A stretch of DNA of 64,000 bases, taken from positions 17,403 through 81,402 of IMG/VR virus record IMGVR_UViG_3300021400_000447; one strand, given 5' to 3'. Shown one piece after another: positions 31,545 to 42,967 of the stretch (positions are counted from its first letter, which is position 1; the number at the start of each line of letters is the position of its first letter). A program made the position numbers and the translations under genes. Below the pieces are notes generated by a model. It ran no database searches and had not been told where the DNA came from. It worked only from the letters and a program-made list of their open reading frames with translations. The stretch comes from a virus. Taxonomy: Duplodnaviria; Caudoviricetes.

Positions 31545-31729
31545 AGAAAAGAAGGAGTACACAAATGAACGATAATGCAGCAAGAATTGAACTTACATAT
31601 TATCCGGCAGATAATAGCAGAGAACGTTATCGCGAACTTGTCTGCGATGTAAACGAAGATCTAACGTTTGAAGAATTTGCGTAGATTTGTAATTATTTTG
31701 GAGCTGTATTGGGTTTCAGAGACAGATAT

Positions 31730-31758
31730 TTGACTCCAAACTAAGAATATGATATAAT
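31730..31758 (+). promoter_or_regulatory. Sigma-A promoter for the large ncRNA
   Basis: TTGACT-17 nt-TATAAT; the predicted start (~31765) coincides with the first base of the closing stem. Confidence 0.8.
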
Positions 31759-31765
31759 AAATATA

Positions 31766-32361
31766 AGGAGCATTTTCCTTAATAAATGATTGACCCAAGT
31801 GCAGATGTGCCAACCACACTGCTTGGGCTATCTGAATAACAGCCATACGTTACGGCCCGGGATACTAGGCACACGCGGCCGCCGAAACAGCAATGCTAGG
31901 CGATAGGAAGAAACTTCTAATGTTAAGGATAGGCGCTTAAATATTCGCAATCAAAAGTATTATTCCTCTTGGCCACATAATAGAAAGCTCATTGAATAGG
32001 TGAGCCGAATCCAGATAAGGTGGTAGCTGGTAACTGCTGCAAACTCTGGAATTACCATAAGTGGCTAATGTCGATGAAAGCCAGAAATGGCATATAAAAG
32101 AGGTTTAAAGTAAAAGTAGGCCAATACGACATTAATTGTATGTTAACACATAAGCAAGTATGCTTAATATGATTATTGCTGAATGGTTTGGCTGAAATTT
32201 CAGGGTAAGCAATCCCTGCTATACATGGCTGTAAAGCGGGTTAAGAAAGTTACGGGGTAGCTCCTTGTGGCTCAGCTCTTAATTCTATAGTGACTGAATA
32301 TGATTGAAGAATATTATAAGTATGGCGAAGGCTGCAATCATTTGTTAAGGAAAATGCTCCT
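31766..32361 (+). ncRNA. Large (~596 nt) ornate non-coding RNA, ROOL/GOLLD-class candidate
   Basis: 27-bp terminal helix 31766-31792 with 32335-32361 (one G.U); many internal stems; own promoter; no ORF. Confidence 0.75.
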
Positions 32362-32382
32362 AATTTTTATTTAGGTGATTCT

Positions 32383-33327
32383 ATGGCAGAAAACAAATTT
32401 ACCGCGACAGATTTGAAAGAAATGCAATCATAGGATTTGGCATGGAAAATCTAGCGTACTGTTGCGAAATTATTGGAATTTTATAATTATTATGACGGAA
32501 AAGTATATATAAGTTTTTCTGGCGGGAAAGACAGCACTGTTTTACTACATATTGCACGAAGGTTATTTCCTGATATAAAAGCCGTATATTCAGATACCGG
32601 TTTGGAATATCCTGAGATAAAAGAATTTGTAAAAACATGGGATAACGTAGATATAATTCGTCCAAAAAGAACTTTCAGGCAAGTAATAGAATAGTTTGGA
32701 TATCCTGTTGTAAGTAAATATGTCGCTGGTTACGTTTCAACCGCGCGAAAACATCCAGAATCAACTCGCGCGCAATATTTACGCGGTGAAATACAATCCA
32801 AAGCGTTCGGCTTTGGAGATGGAAAGTGGGCATATTTAGTAGACGCACCATTCAAGATTAGCGCTTGGTGCTGCGATGTAATGAAAAAATAGCCACTACA
32901 TCAATATCAACGTGAAACTGGCCTGTATCCAATCGTTGGAACGCTCGCAGAAGAATCTATGTCCCGTAGGAATCAATGGTTAAAACAAGGCTGCAATGTT
33001 TTTGATACTAAAGAACCAATTAGTAAGCCTTTGTCATTTTGGACGACAAATGATATTCTCCAATATTTAAAAGAGTTCAATGTGCCCTATTGCCCAATAT
33101 ATGGAGAAATCATAGAAGATAAAAATGGTAAGTTACATACATCTAAACTACGCGCAACTGGTTGCATTTTTTGTATGTTCGGCGCGCACTTAGAAAAAGA
33201 ACCAAATCGTTTTTAGCAGTTAAAGATAACCCATCCAAAAATTTGGGAATATTGCTTAAGACCATGGGACAAAGGCGGATTAGGCATGAAAGAAGTGTTA
33301 GAATATTTAAATATCAAATATGAATGA
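32383..33327 (+). CDS. PAPS-reductase-family (PP-loop) protein
   Basis: YISFSGGKDSTVLL, CCDVMKK.P, RATGCIFC; joined across 5 TAG; ends TGA. Confidence 0.85.
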
Positions 33328-33766
33328 CATTAAATTATATATTAGCTACTGGTGGCAAGTAAGAAATTTTCCAAAAAATCTCATTGGTTTAAATACTACG
33401 ATTTGGCCACCAAAATATCGACCGTTAGGGCAAGATAATCGTGGCGTTTGGGTACTTGATTGCCCGCCACTTAAACCAGGAGCAAGTTGTAATAACCTTT
33501 GTAGAGGGGATTGTTGCCCAAAACATCCACATAATTGTGATTTCTTACGAAAATATAAACAACAATTGGATGCCATAGATTTTAATGAATTTATGGCCAA
33601 GCTAAATGCAATTAAAGAAAAGATTAGCAACGGTGAACAACTACAAGATATTGCTTTTGCCTTCATTGTTTTTGAAGCGCCAAATAACCCATGTAGTGAA
33701 CGTGTGATGATTCGTAAGTGGTTTTTAGAGCACAATATTGATATTCCAGAATGGAAGAAAAATTGA
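33320..33766 (+). CDS. Hypothetical protein
   Basis: Coupled to the upstream stop; Cys-rich centre; E....CSER..I..W. Confidence 0.65.
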   Translation: MNDIKLYISYWWQVRNFPKNLIGLNTTIWPPKYRPLGQDNRGVWVLDCPPLKPGASCNNLCRGDCCPKHPHNCDFLRKYKQQLDAIDFNEFMAKLNAIKEKISNGEQLQDIAFAFIVFEAPNNPCSERVMIRKWFLEHNIDIPEWKKN

Positions 33767-33999
33767 CTTAACTATAAAATTTTGTTATAATAATATTGAA
33801 CGATGAAGAAAGGAGAAAATATTCTATGCGTCATACAGTGTTTTCCTCTTCTTGGAGCCGCGTACAGCAAGCGATTGAGCTAGACGACGGCGAGTAGTTC
33901 AAGCCGGTACGAAGATGAAAATTCTTTAGAGCAGACAAATTGCGGCCAATCGAATGCCGGTACCGCACTCTAATATGAGGATATATTGAGGAAATAAGA

Positions 34000-34563
34000 A
34001 TGAATAAAATCTTTTTTACAAGCGATACACATTTTTGTCATGATAAAGATTTTGTATGGCAGAAACGTGGTTTTTCTAGTGTTCAGGATATGAATGCAGC
34101 ACTAGTGTGCAGATGGAACGAAGTTGTTGATGAAGACGACACAGTTTTTCATCTTGGCGATTTAGCACTTGGCGACGTTGAAGAAGCTATGACGTACATT
34201 CGCCAGTTAAAAGGACAAATAATTTGGATCGGCGGTAATCATGATACAGAAAATAAAATTCAAAGGATTACACGGCATAATCTAAATATTAATTTTGTAG
34301 GTTATGCGTATATTATGAAATATCATAAACTTCATTTTTATCTTTCTCACTATCCTACCATCACAGCCAACTTTGATGATAAATATTTTTCGCAGCACGT
34401 AATTAACCTTCACGGACATACGCATCAAGTAGATCACTTTATGACTGTTGAAAACCCTTTTATGTATAACGTTGGTGTTGATGCTTGCAATAATACGCCG
34501 ATTGAAATTGACAAGGTAATTGATGATATATCTTGTAGATGGAGGGCGTTGCAAGAGGAATAA
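34000..34563 (+). CDS. Calcineurin-like metallophosphoesterase
   Basis: FTSDTHFCH, HLGD, GNHD, HGHTH, NVGVD. Confidence 0.85.
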   Translation: MNKIFFTSDTHFCHDKDFVWQKRGFSSVQDMNAALVCRWNEVVDEDDTVFHLGDLALGDVEEAMTYIRQLKGQIIWIGGNHDTENKIQRITRHNLNINFVGYAYIMKYHKLHFYLSHYPTITANFDDKYFSQHVINLHGHTHQVDHFMTVENPFMYNVGVDACNNTPIEIDKVIDDISCRWRALQEE

Positions 34564-34580
34564 TTAATTGGGGTGATTGC

Positions 34581-35558
34581 ATGCCCACTTTGACAGCAAC
34601 AAGTTGGACAGAGACAAAAACGACTAATATATATATTGGTACTGAAAATCACTATGGTTCAACATTCAGTTTTAATTATAATTTAGAAGCATCAAATTTA
34701 GAAATATTAGACGCATATTTAACAGTAACTAATCCGCCCGTACAATGTCAAAGTTATGCCTATGTAACAATTGGCGGGATTAATTATGGCCTTTTAAGTG
34801 ATGATGCAACAAAAGGTATTTGTTAGAAAAATGGTACTACAATAATACACTATGATGGCGCAGGTGGCTACAAATCTAAAGATGACTTTCCACAACCAAG
34901 TGGAACTGTATCTGTTAGATTTCGTCATAGTGGCACAACCACTTATACAATACCATCAATTACATTAACAATTGAATTTGGAGCAAGCGTAAAATTGGTC
35001 TGGCCAGCAACAAGCGGAGCAACCACTTATACGTAGCACCCACGCTTTCGCTTAAAAAATCCAACATCTTCAACGATAACATATAAATATAAGATAAAGG
35101 ACAACACAAACAATACAACTATTACTAGCTCAAATGTATCTGTTGGTAGTGTAAATGCAAACGCTGAAGCATAGTTTAGATATACAAGCACCAATTTAAC
35201 GCGAAATCATGAATATAGTTTGCAAATATTTAATAACAATGGCACTGCATCGATTGCCTCTAAAATATTCTATGTAGCCGCGGCAGCGCCAACAGCAGTA
35301 TCACAAAATGGCAAAATAAAAGCATCTGATATGCAGAATTTGGCGCAATATATAAATAATCTATCAAGTTATTATGGATCAACCGCGACCGCGCCTACAG
35401 TACCAACGGCAGGTAGCAAGATTTAGTTAGCAGATTTTAGCACATTTATAACGGCGGCTAATGCACTGCCATCTACAACAACAGTGAGCGCACCGTCAAA
35501 TCCGATTAGCGCATCGTATTACAATACATATATTAACAATATAATTAAAGATTGGTAA
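34581..35558 (+). CDS. Thr/Ser/Asn-rich beta-rich protein, probably virion-associated (4 TAG)
   Basis: GGGGTG RBS; continuous frame through TAG to TAA 35556-35558. Confidence 0.7.
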
Positions 35559-35567
35559 GGAGTTAAA

Positions 35568-35954
35568 ATGAATCTAGATACCACCCTTTACACAAACAAG
35601 CAAGTTCTTTTTAAGCATAACGGCGCATGGTGTGCTGGCAAGCTACTCGCCGCGCATCTAACCGAATCAGACCTTGTTTTCTCAATAATGGACACATCAA
35701 ATATGATGCACGAGGCTGACATTAATCATCTTTATCTTTATGCACGTAAAATCGCTCCATATGAACAAGCATATCTTATTTCTAAGGATTCGTTCATTCC
35801 AATGATTGATGAGCTAGAACTTACAAATGGAGATTGTGAAGATGGCGCCATGAGCGATGGAGAATATATTTATTATCCGCTTGCTAAAATGAATAGCAAT
35901 TGGCTAGAAAAGCAACCGTTTGAATACGTTTTCTGGACTGGTCGCACGATGTAA
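35568..35954 (+). CDS. Hypothetical protein
   Basis: AAGGAG RBS; clean ORF. Confidence 0.65.
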   Translation: MNLDTTLYTNKQVLFKHNGAWCAGKLLAAHLTESDLVFSIMDTSNMMHEADINHLYLYARKIAPYEQAYLISKDSFIPMIDELELTNGDCEDGAMSDGEYIYYPLAKMNSNWLEKQPFEYVFWTGRTM

Positions 35955-36015
35955 AAAATTTTTCTGGAGAAAAACTTGTATTTTCTCCATTTTTTTGCTA
36001 TAATAATTATAGTAA

Positions 36016-36876
36016 ATGAAAGGAGCAAGGTTGATGGCAGTCGCAAAATCTTATGAAAATATGACTATTTCTGGTGAACCGTTTTCCCAAGATGGAAAAA
36101 TGTACGTCAAAGTCATCGGGCCTTGCTCTCGTTGCGGCGGCACCGGAAATTACTCTTATAATCAAGTGTACGGTACAACATGCTTCAAATGTAATGGAAG
36201 CGGGAAAAACGCGTTGGTTGTCCGTTGGTATACTGATGCGCAGCGTGCGACAATGGACAAGGCAGCTGAAAAACGTGCGGCGATAAAGAAGGATAAAGTT
36301 GAAGAACGCCGCATTAAGTTTTCTGCTCGAAACGCATTTGGATTTGGTGATGCTGGTTACATTACCATCTTTAAAGGTAACAATGATATTCTGAACAATT
36401 GGGCGCATGAAACGAACCCGTGTCGCGCAAGATTTAATTTGCTCTTTGGATGGTTTTGCCCGTCCACATTAGAAATTGTAAATCTGCCGAGTGAAGTAAC
36501 TCCGATTGTTCTTAATTGGGATATGGTTCGTGATCCGAATGATGCGAAAAATTTAACCATGCGTAGCGATGATGAGGTTCGTAAAATTATTCGCAATCTA
36601 ATTGGTGAAAATAGTACAAGCACTTATCAGGGTGAAGTTGGTGACTGGATTGAACGGAAAGTAACCATCAAAAAGAATATCGCTACAGAAAGTAAATATG
36701 GAAAAAGCCGTATCCATATTATGGAAGATGAAGATGGTAATGTCTATGTATGGATAACCGCGTCAAAAAGCATTGCAGTTGATACTACTTGTTTGATGCG
36801 TATGAAAGTCAAAGAGCATAAAGAGTATGAAGATGTTCAGCAGACTGTAGTGTATTATTGTAAGGTTAAGGAGTAA
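36016..36876 (+). CDS. Zn-finger (CxxCxGxG x2) protein with OB-fold-like C-terminus
   Basis: CSRCGGTG...CFKCNGSG; start codon uncertain. Confidence 0.65.
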   Translation: MKGARLMAVAKSYENMTISGEPFSQDGKMYVKVIGPCSRCGGTGNYSYNQVYGTTCFKCNGSGKNALVVRWYTDAQRATMDKAAEKRAAIKKDKVEERRIKFSARNAFGFGDAGYITIFKGNNDILNNWAHETNPCRARFNLLFGWFCPSTLEIVNLPSEVTPIVLNWDMVRDPNDAKNLTMRSDDEVRKIIRNLIGENSTSTYQGEVGDWIERKVTIKKNIATESKYGKSRIHIMEDEDGNVYVWITASKSIAVDTTCLMRMKVKEHKEYEDVQQTVVYYCKVKE

Positions 36877-36879
36877 AGT

Positions 36880-37128
36880 ATGATCCTATATTTTGAAAAC
36901 AGCGATGGTGAGTGGCGCCCAATCGCTGATTGCAAAGATAAGATTGAAGTCGGAATCGCAATCAAGAGATTTCTTGATGAGCATCATTATAAAGCACCGT
37001 ATACACGAATATGGGAGAAAAACGGCTGGCGGCATTATGATTGCGGCAGTTGGACAGAATTTTTCCATTGGCAAATTTCATCAGATGCAGTTGTACCTAG
37101 TAAGGTAAAAGGAGAAGAACATGAATAA
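36880..37128 (+). CDS. Hypothetical protein
   Basis: AAGGAG RBS; Y.R.W......YD.GSW.EFF. Confidence 0.6.
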   Translation: MILYFENSDGEWRPIADCKDKIEVGIAIKRFLDEHHYKAPYTRIWEKNGWRHYDCGSWTEFFHWQISSDAVVPSKVKGEEHE

Positions 37129-37261
37129 TAAGACTAAGATTGCAGTACTTACTGCTCGTATGGCAGTTCTTGAATCTCGTGGCGGCGCGCAAAACTGGAA
37201 CATTATTGCAAAGATTAAGCGTCGTATTAGGAAGCTCATGGCAATGGATGAAGGTTGAAGA

Positions 37262-38110
37262 ATGCTACATAAGGTGTACTTTTTTACTGATATTCACGGG
37301 CAAGAACAGCTATACGACAATATTGTAAATTGGTGCAAACAAAACGATAAACATTGTACAATTATTTATGGTGGAGATGCGTGTGATCGCGGTGAAAGTG
37401 GATATATGATTATGAAAAAGTTGCTTCAAGACCATAATATTGCATATTTAAAAGGAAATCATGAGGATACTTTTGTTCGCGCCGCGCGAGCATTAAAAAA
37501 TTCTGAAGTGTGCCATTATGCGTATAAAGACAGAAAAAGCATTTCAAAAGCACTTTTAGATTATGCAAATCATGTAAGTTTTTATTACGAAGATGGTTCA
37601 TCTGTCCGCCTATCTATTACCAATGGCGGCGAATCCACATTGTGTGATTGGATAGCCGATGGAATGCCAATGGATATTGTTGAAGCAATAGATGCACTAC
37701 CCTATACTTATTCATATGGCTCATTAGATTTTTGTCATGCTGGTGGCACATACGAAGGATTTTTTAGAATTAAATATGATCAAGGTGACATGTGGGATAT
37801 AAATGAAATTCTGTGGGAAAGATCATATTTTGGAGTTTCTTGGCGACCTGGCCGCGTTTGTGTTTATGGCCATACGCCAACAACTTATATTGATCCAAAC
37901 CTACATACACTTGGCCCACTAACAATCGATAAAATTCGACCAGTACGACTATTGTCTGATAGAATTATTATGGATGTCGGATCTGCATTTACAGATAAAT
38001 GCTATGTTCTAGATTGCGACACAATGTTGGCACATGAATTTTTAACTAAAGATCATATCATTCATATCGATGAACATATATTTGATTTAAACAAGGAGGA
38101 AAACAGTTAA
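37262..38110 (+). CDS. Ser/Thr phosphatase-like metallophosphoesterase
   Basis: FTDIHG, GGDACDRG, LKGNHE, CHAG, ILWER, YGHTP, D.G. Confidence 0.85.
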   Translation: MLHKVYFFTDIHGQEQLYDNIVNWCKQNDKHCTIIYGGDACDRGESGYMIMKKLLQDHNIAYLKGNHEDTFVRAARALKNSEVCHYAYKDRKSISKALLDYANHVSFYYEDGSSVRLSITNGGESTLCDWIADGMPMDIVEAIDALPYTYSYGSLDFCHAGGTYEGFFRIKYDQGDMWDINEILWERSYFGVSWRPGRVCVYGHTPTTYIDPNLHTLGPLTIDKIRPVRLLSDRIIMDVGSAFTDKCYVLDCDTMLAHEFLTKDHIIHIDEHIFDLNKEENS

Positions 38111-38219
38111 TGATTAGTGCTTGGTGGCTACTATTAATTATACCGATAAGCGCAACAATCGGTGCGTTTGCTTCTGCGCTTATGATGGCTGTTTCCCAAC
38201 ATCATAAGGAGTGACATTT

Positions 38220-38636
38220 ATGAAGATTTTTTTGAGTTTACTTTTTACTATTATGCTTTTATTTAATTTTTCTGCCGCGGAAGCGCCGTCTCCAGATGCA
38301 GAAACACTTGTGCGGTTTATCCCAGATTTATACTTTACATCAATTTATGCGCTTGAAGATGATCCATGGGTGTTAATTAATGAGTTTTCTGAAGAAGATA
38401 GCACCATGTTTGTTGTTGATGAAGCGCTTGAAGTGCAATTGGATGAAGAGCTAGATGAAGTTACAATGTTTTGTACTAGATATTACAATGCCGAAGATAG
38501 CATCTTTGTAATCTGGCACAATGATAGTAATACTATTATTATATCTCCTGATGTAATTGATGGTTGTTTACTATTGGACATGCATGAAATTTAGCCAAGC
38601 GTATATCGTGTTTATGTAATGTTTATGGAGCCGTGA
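38220..38636 (+). CDS. Hypothetical exported acidic protein
   Basis: Signal-peptide-like N-terminus; 3' end ambiguous (TAG 38592 or TGA 38634). Confidence 0.5.
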
Positions 38637-38649
38637 GGCTCTTTTTTTT
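38628..38649 (+). terminator. Intrinsic terminator
   Basis: GAGCC-GTGA-GGCTC followed by a T run. Confidence 0.75.
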
Positions 38650-38680
38650 ATTGTATCAATAGGTATTGGAGGCTATTTTA

Positions 38681-41182
38681 ATGAGAAAAAAAGCAATAAA
38701 AAGCTCATCAACAAGCTCAAAAAAAAGAACAGCCAACATGGGTAGTGGAGCATCATCTGTCTAGCCAGCAATACCCGGGATAAATTTGCCTGCATTTAAG
38801 TTAAATGATTTATTTGTATATTTTTCAGATTTATAGAGAAATACAGGTTAGAAAGACTGGGTAGCGTAGCGTCACGCATTGTACAAGGCTGCATCAGGTA
38901 CATTCAAAACTGGTATAACAGCTATTTCAGTGATGAGTAATAAAAATGAAGGAGGCCGGCGATATGGCGGCAACCAATTAATATAGGCAATTGAACTCCT
39001 TAAAACTCTCGCGCAGTCTGAGCAAGCAAAAGAAATGGCGGCAATACGATCATATGTAGATCATAAAAGACAAATAATGCATGAAATGGATCGAATGGGA
39101 ATACAATTTCCAGGCATAAAAATGGATAAATTAACTATTACAAATGGTCTTGGAACTTATACGTCTAATTATGGAGACATAACTTCACAAGAATTCTACA
39201 AATTCTATGTGCAAGAGATACAATGGTTAGCAAGAATAAATGCGATTAATAAAGATGCATTAAAAAAATTAATAGACGCACGAAATAGATTAGAATCAAT
39301 TTAGTATAGAGAAACAAAAGGAAAAGAACGCAGACAACTATGGGAATACACAAGAGATACTGCAGAAATGGCGGTCTCAAGAGAATATTTAGAACCATTT
39401 TTAAATAATTTATTACAAACCAACAAACAAAAAGGATATAAAGGTGATTAGACGATAGATGCAAGTTTTTAGACGATAGTCTAGGAAGCTGTTATGAAAG
39501 TCATGACATCATCTCAAGTTGTATCAAATTTAGTCGCTAGATTTCTTACAACGAGCAACGGTTTTAATGGTTCTTCATAGCAAGATTTTGTTGCTCTAGC
39601 CAGTGCGCTTTTAGGTGATATAGTAAAACAAGTAGAAATGCATTTATTACAATCATTGGGGCGGAACGGCCAAAGAACTGGAATGAATTACTTTACTGAC
39701 ATTCATGGAGTAGAGGGAAGAGAAGCTGTATTTGATCTTGTTGAAGAGTATATTAAGAAAATAGACAAAGGCGCAGCGTATGATGATTTTGACTCCAGTT
39801 TTTAGAGGGCATTAAGTTATTCTGCTTCCGATTATGATACAATCCGTGCTCAAGGAGTCCAGCAATTGCAAGAAGACTTAGCATCGTGGGCATCTGCTAT
39901 TGGAATTGAAACACCAGCTCTATAGAAAACATTGAAAGAAATTTTGGTACAAGATAAAGTAAAATTACGAAAAGAAGAAACAATTCGCAGAAAGACTGAT
40001 AAGTTAGTAGAGCAAATGAGAGATGATTTATACAGTATTATGATATCGGAAAAAGGCTTTAAATCTTTTAGCAGCCGTCAAATGAGAGCTGCAATTCAGC
40101 GATGGGGAAAAAGTATAAAATTTAAATTTAACCCTAACAATGCCCGCCAAGGCTCAATAAATGAAGCAATGTAGCAAATTTTGGTAGGTGGTATACGACG
40201 TGCAGGTCTTATCGGCACTGATAGAACGTATGTAGTGGGAGAATTTAATATAGAATTTTTGAATCCAATAGAATCTCTCAGCGATCCAAAACAATCTACA
40301 TCTAAACTGTATAAAGCACTTCAAGATTATGGTAGAGAATTAGCAAAAATTAGAGACGACGCGTCTGGCCGAGAAAATCTTACACAGAGATATAACGACG
40401 CAAAAAAACAATTAGATCAAGCAATAAATTTAATACAAAAATTTCTGTAGGAGCATAATGAACAGGTATTTATTGTGCATAGCAGCGATAAATTATCTGT
40501 AAATGCAGAAACTGGCGGTGTTATTGGACAAAAAGGATTCCAAGGAACAGAGTTTACAGGTTTTAGAGCCTTAGATCAATTGAACGCAGGTTTAAATCAT
40601 CTCGATGTATCAGCGCCCGGTGCGACAATAAATATTGATATAATTAAATTTTTATTATTAAACATGTCTAGTAATGCATTGGGTGGCGGTAATGAAGATG
40701 CAATAAAAGATAGATTAATACAATATTTATCTGCGTTTGGTGCTATCTTAATGTTTGATGACATCGATCAAATGGTAATTGATCAAACAAAAACTGCGAA
40801 GGCAGTAACAAATTCTTTATCTACAATGTCAGGCGGTTTATATGCAATTCATATATTTACAATAAATGGTGTCTAGTTACCGCTATCATTAATACTATTT
40901 TAGCTCGCCAAGCAGTATGAAAATTTGATAGCAGGAGCTAAAAATGGTTTTGGAAACGACCCAACGGATACTGTTAAGGTAAAAATTAGTAGTGGAGTAG
41001 GTGGCGTTGTTAGTGCATGGGTATCTAAAGCGCAACAAGGCAGAATGACAAACACATCATATTATGATCCTGATGATTGGGCTAATGTGGCAAATGCCGC
41101 AACTAGTTCAATAAAATTAAATATTATCTTTTTACAAAATTTTACAAAACTAATTAAAAATTTAACAGACCAAATATAGTAA
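38681..41182 (+). CDS. Large unknown protein, about 833 aa, with about 17 TAG (probably late/virion)
   Basis: GGAGG RBS; track ORFs 39035, 39932, 40181, 40475 and 40925 share one frame; ends TAG-TAA. Confidence 0.75.
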
Positions 41183-41197
41183 TGGTGGGTGATACCG

Positions 41198-41647
41198 ATG
41201 GGTAGAATCTTAGATTTCTTAAAAAACTTTAAGAAACGTTATGATGCCAAATTAATTCGCGACCAAAAAATGGACGAATTTCTTAATGACACGCAAGACA
41301 ATAGAATCCGAATAGAGAACATTAACACAAGCATTTCCAATCTTAATCATTCTGTGATTTGCATTGATAAAAAAGTTGATGCCTTATCTACAGAAGTTGA
41401 TGGAATAGGCCAAAAGATAAAAATAATTGGTAAGGGGACAAAAATGGAATTGTTTGATACCCTATATCATTGGAAAAAAATCTTGACCGACCGCGGCTGG
41501 GGCAGTCCGGCAGAGAAACACGAAGTAGAAGAAATATATAAAATCTATCACGATGGCCTCGGCGGCAATGGTCAAGGTGAGCATTATTATAATGAAATAA
41601 TGAATCTTCCTGAAAGTGAAGAGGAAATGAAAAAGAATATGAGGTGA
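41198..41647 (+). CDS. Holin-adjacent phage protein
   Basis: Coiled-coil followed by the Y..YH..LGGNG....Y..I..LP motif common next to holins. Confidence 0.65.
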   Translation: MGRILDFLKNFKKRYDAKLIRDQKMDEFLNDTQDNRIRIENINTSISNLNHSVICIDKKVDALSTEVDGIGQKIKIIGKGTKMELFDTLYHWKKILTDRGWGSPAEKHEVEEIYKIYHDGLGGNGQGEHYYNEIMNLPESEEEMKKNMR

Positions 41648-41652
41648 TTCTT

Positions 41653-41877
41653 ATGACTAATTTTAAGAAATGGATTAAGGCCGCTGGTATTCGCGCGATA
41701 AAGACTGTAGCTCAAACAGCAGTAGCAACAATAGGCACATCTTTAGTATTGTCTGAAGTAAACTGGGTTGCAGTAGCATCTGCATCTGCCCTTGCGGGAA
41801 TCCTTAGCTTGCTAACTAGCGTTGCTGGTCTACCAGAGTTAAAAGAAGATGGCACAATAGAGCCAGAAGCTGAATAA
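41653..41877 (+). CDS. Holin (r1t-type)
   Basis: KAAGIRAIKTVAQTAVATIG...NW..V.S...LAGILSLLTSVAGLPE. Confidence 0.85.
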   Translation: MTNFKKWIKAAGIRAIKTVAQTAVATIGTSLVLSEVNWVAVASASALAGILSLLTSVAGLPELKEDGTIEPEAE

Positions 41878-41935
41878 TATTTGACTTATCCTCCATTTTC
41901 TAGTATAATAAAATAAAAGAGAATGGAGGATAAAT

Positions 41936-42457
41936 ATGTTTGTTATTGAGCGAAAAAGTAAAGAAAAAATAAGCGAATTAGAAATATATACTGATGGCTC
42001 GCTCAAGAAATTCGGCGCAGAAATGACATTTGGCGGCTGGAGCTTTATAGCGATTCGTAATATGGAGAAAATTTATGAAGCTAGTGGCAGCGAATATGGC
42101 ACAACTAGTCAAAGAATGGAACTTACTGCAATCGTTAATGCATTAGAATATGCAAATGAAATGCGTGATAAGAACGAGCGAGTTATAATTTATAGTGACT
42201 CTGCTTATGCTATTAATTGTTTTCAACAACATTGGTATGAGAAGTGGATCGCCAATGGATGGAAAACATCAGCGCGAACAGATGTTTTAAATCGAGATCT
42301 ATGGGAAAAAATTATACCATATTTTGATAACTTTTGGTTTTTCTTTGAAAAAGTAAAAGGACACGCAAATGTTTTCTGGAATGAACAATGCGACATATTG
42401 GCGTAGAACGAGGCAGAGAAGCAAAAAGTAAATTGGAGAGGTATAAATAATGGATAA
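41936..42457 (+). CDS. rnhA: Ribonuclease HI
   Basis: IYTDGS, TSQRMELTA, IYSDSAY, KVKGHA..NEQCDILA(TAG); TAA 42455-42457. Confidence 0.88.
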
Positions 42458-42776
42458 CAATGATATTTATCGTGTTGATAGAGATGAATATGTTGGATTT
42501 TTAAGCTCTATTAAACCAACCGCTCGACTCACAGAAACAATTAAAGACAACGGATATACTTTTATCAAAACCAGAAGTAATACAACTGATGTTCATTTTT
42601 GCACACGTATTGTTCCTCCAAATGAATCGGATGAAAATGAACAGTATTATATATTTAATATGCCCAATGAAGATGAAAGGCAACCTGAATAGCCGCGAGT
42701 AAAGATTAGGCTAGAGACACAAGAAGAAGTTCAAATTTTCTTTGATGTTCTTAAAAAGTTACAAGAGCGAGGTTAA
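42450..42776 (+). CDS. Hypothetical protein (1 TAG)
   Basis: GAGAGG RBS; frame continues through TAG 42690 to TAA. Confidence 0.6.
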
Positions 42777-42967
42777 CATGGAAGAATTATTTAATGATAT
42801 TAGTGTTGATAAAAAAAAGTAGCATTAGCTATTTATTGATTTGACCTTAATGCACAATGGGCCAATTTCAGCAGTTAATAAAATTAATGATTATGCAAAT
42901 TTTTGCTCTTAGCGAGAAAGAGATTTCATTCATTTTTATTTAAAGACATTGGTGGAGCGAAAAAATA

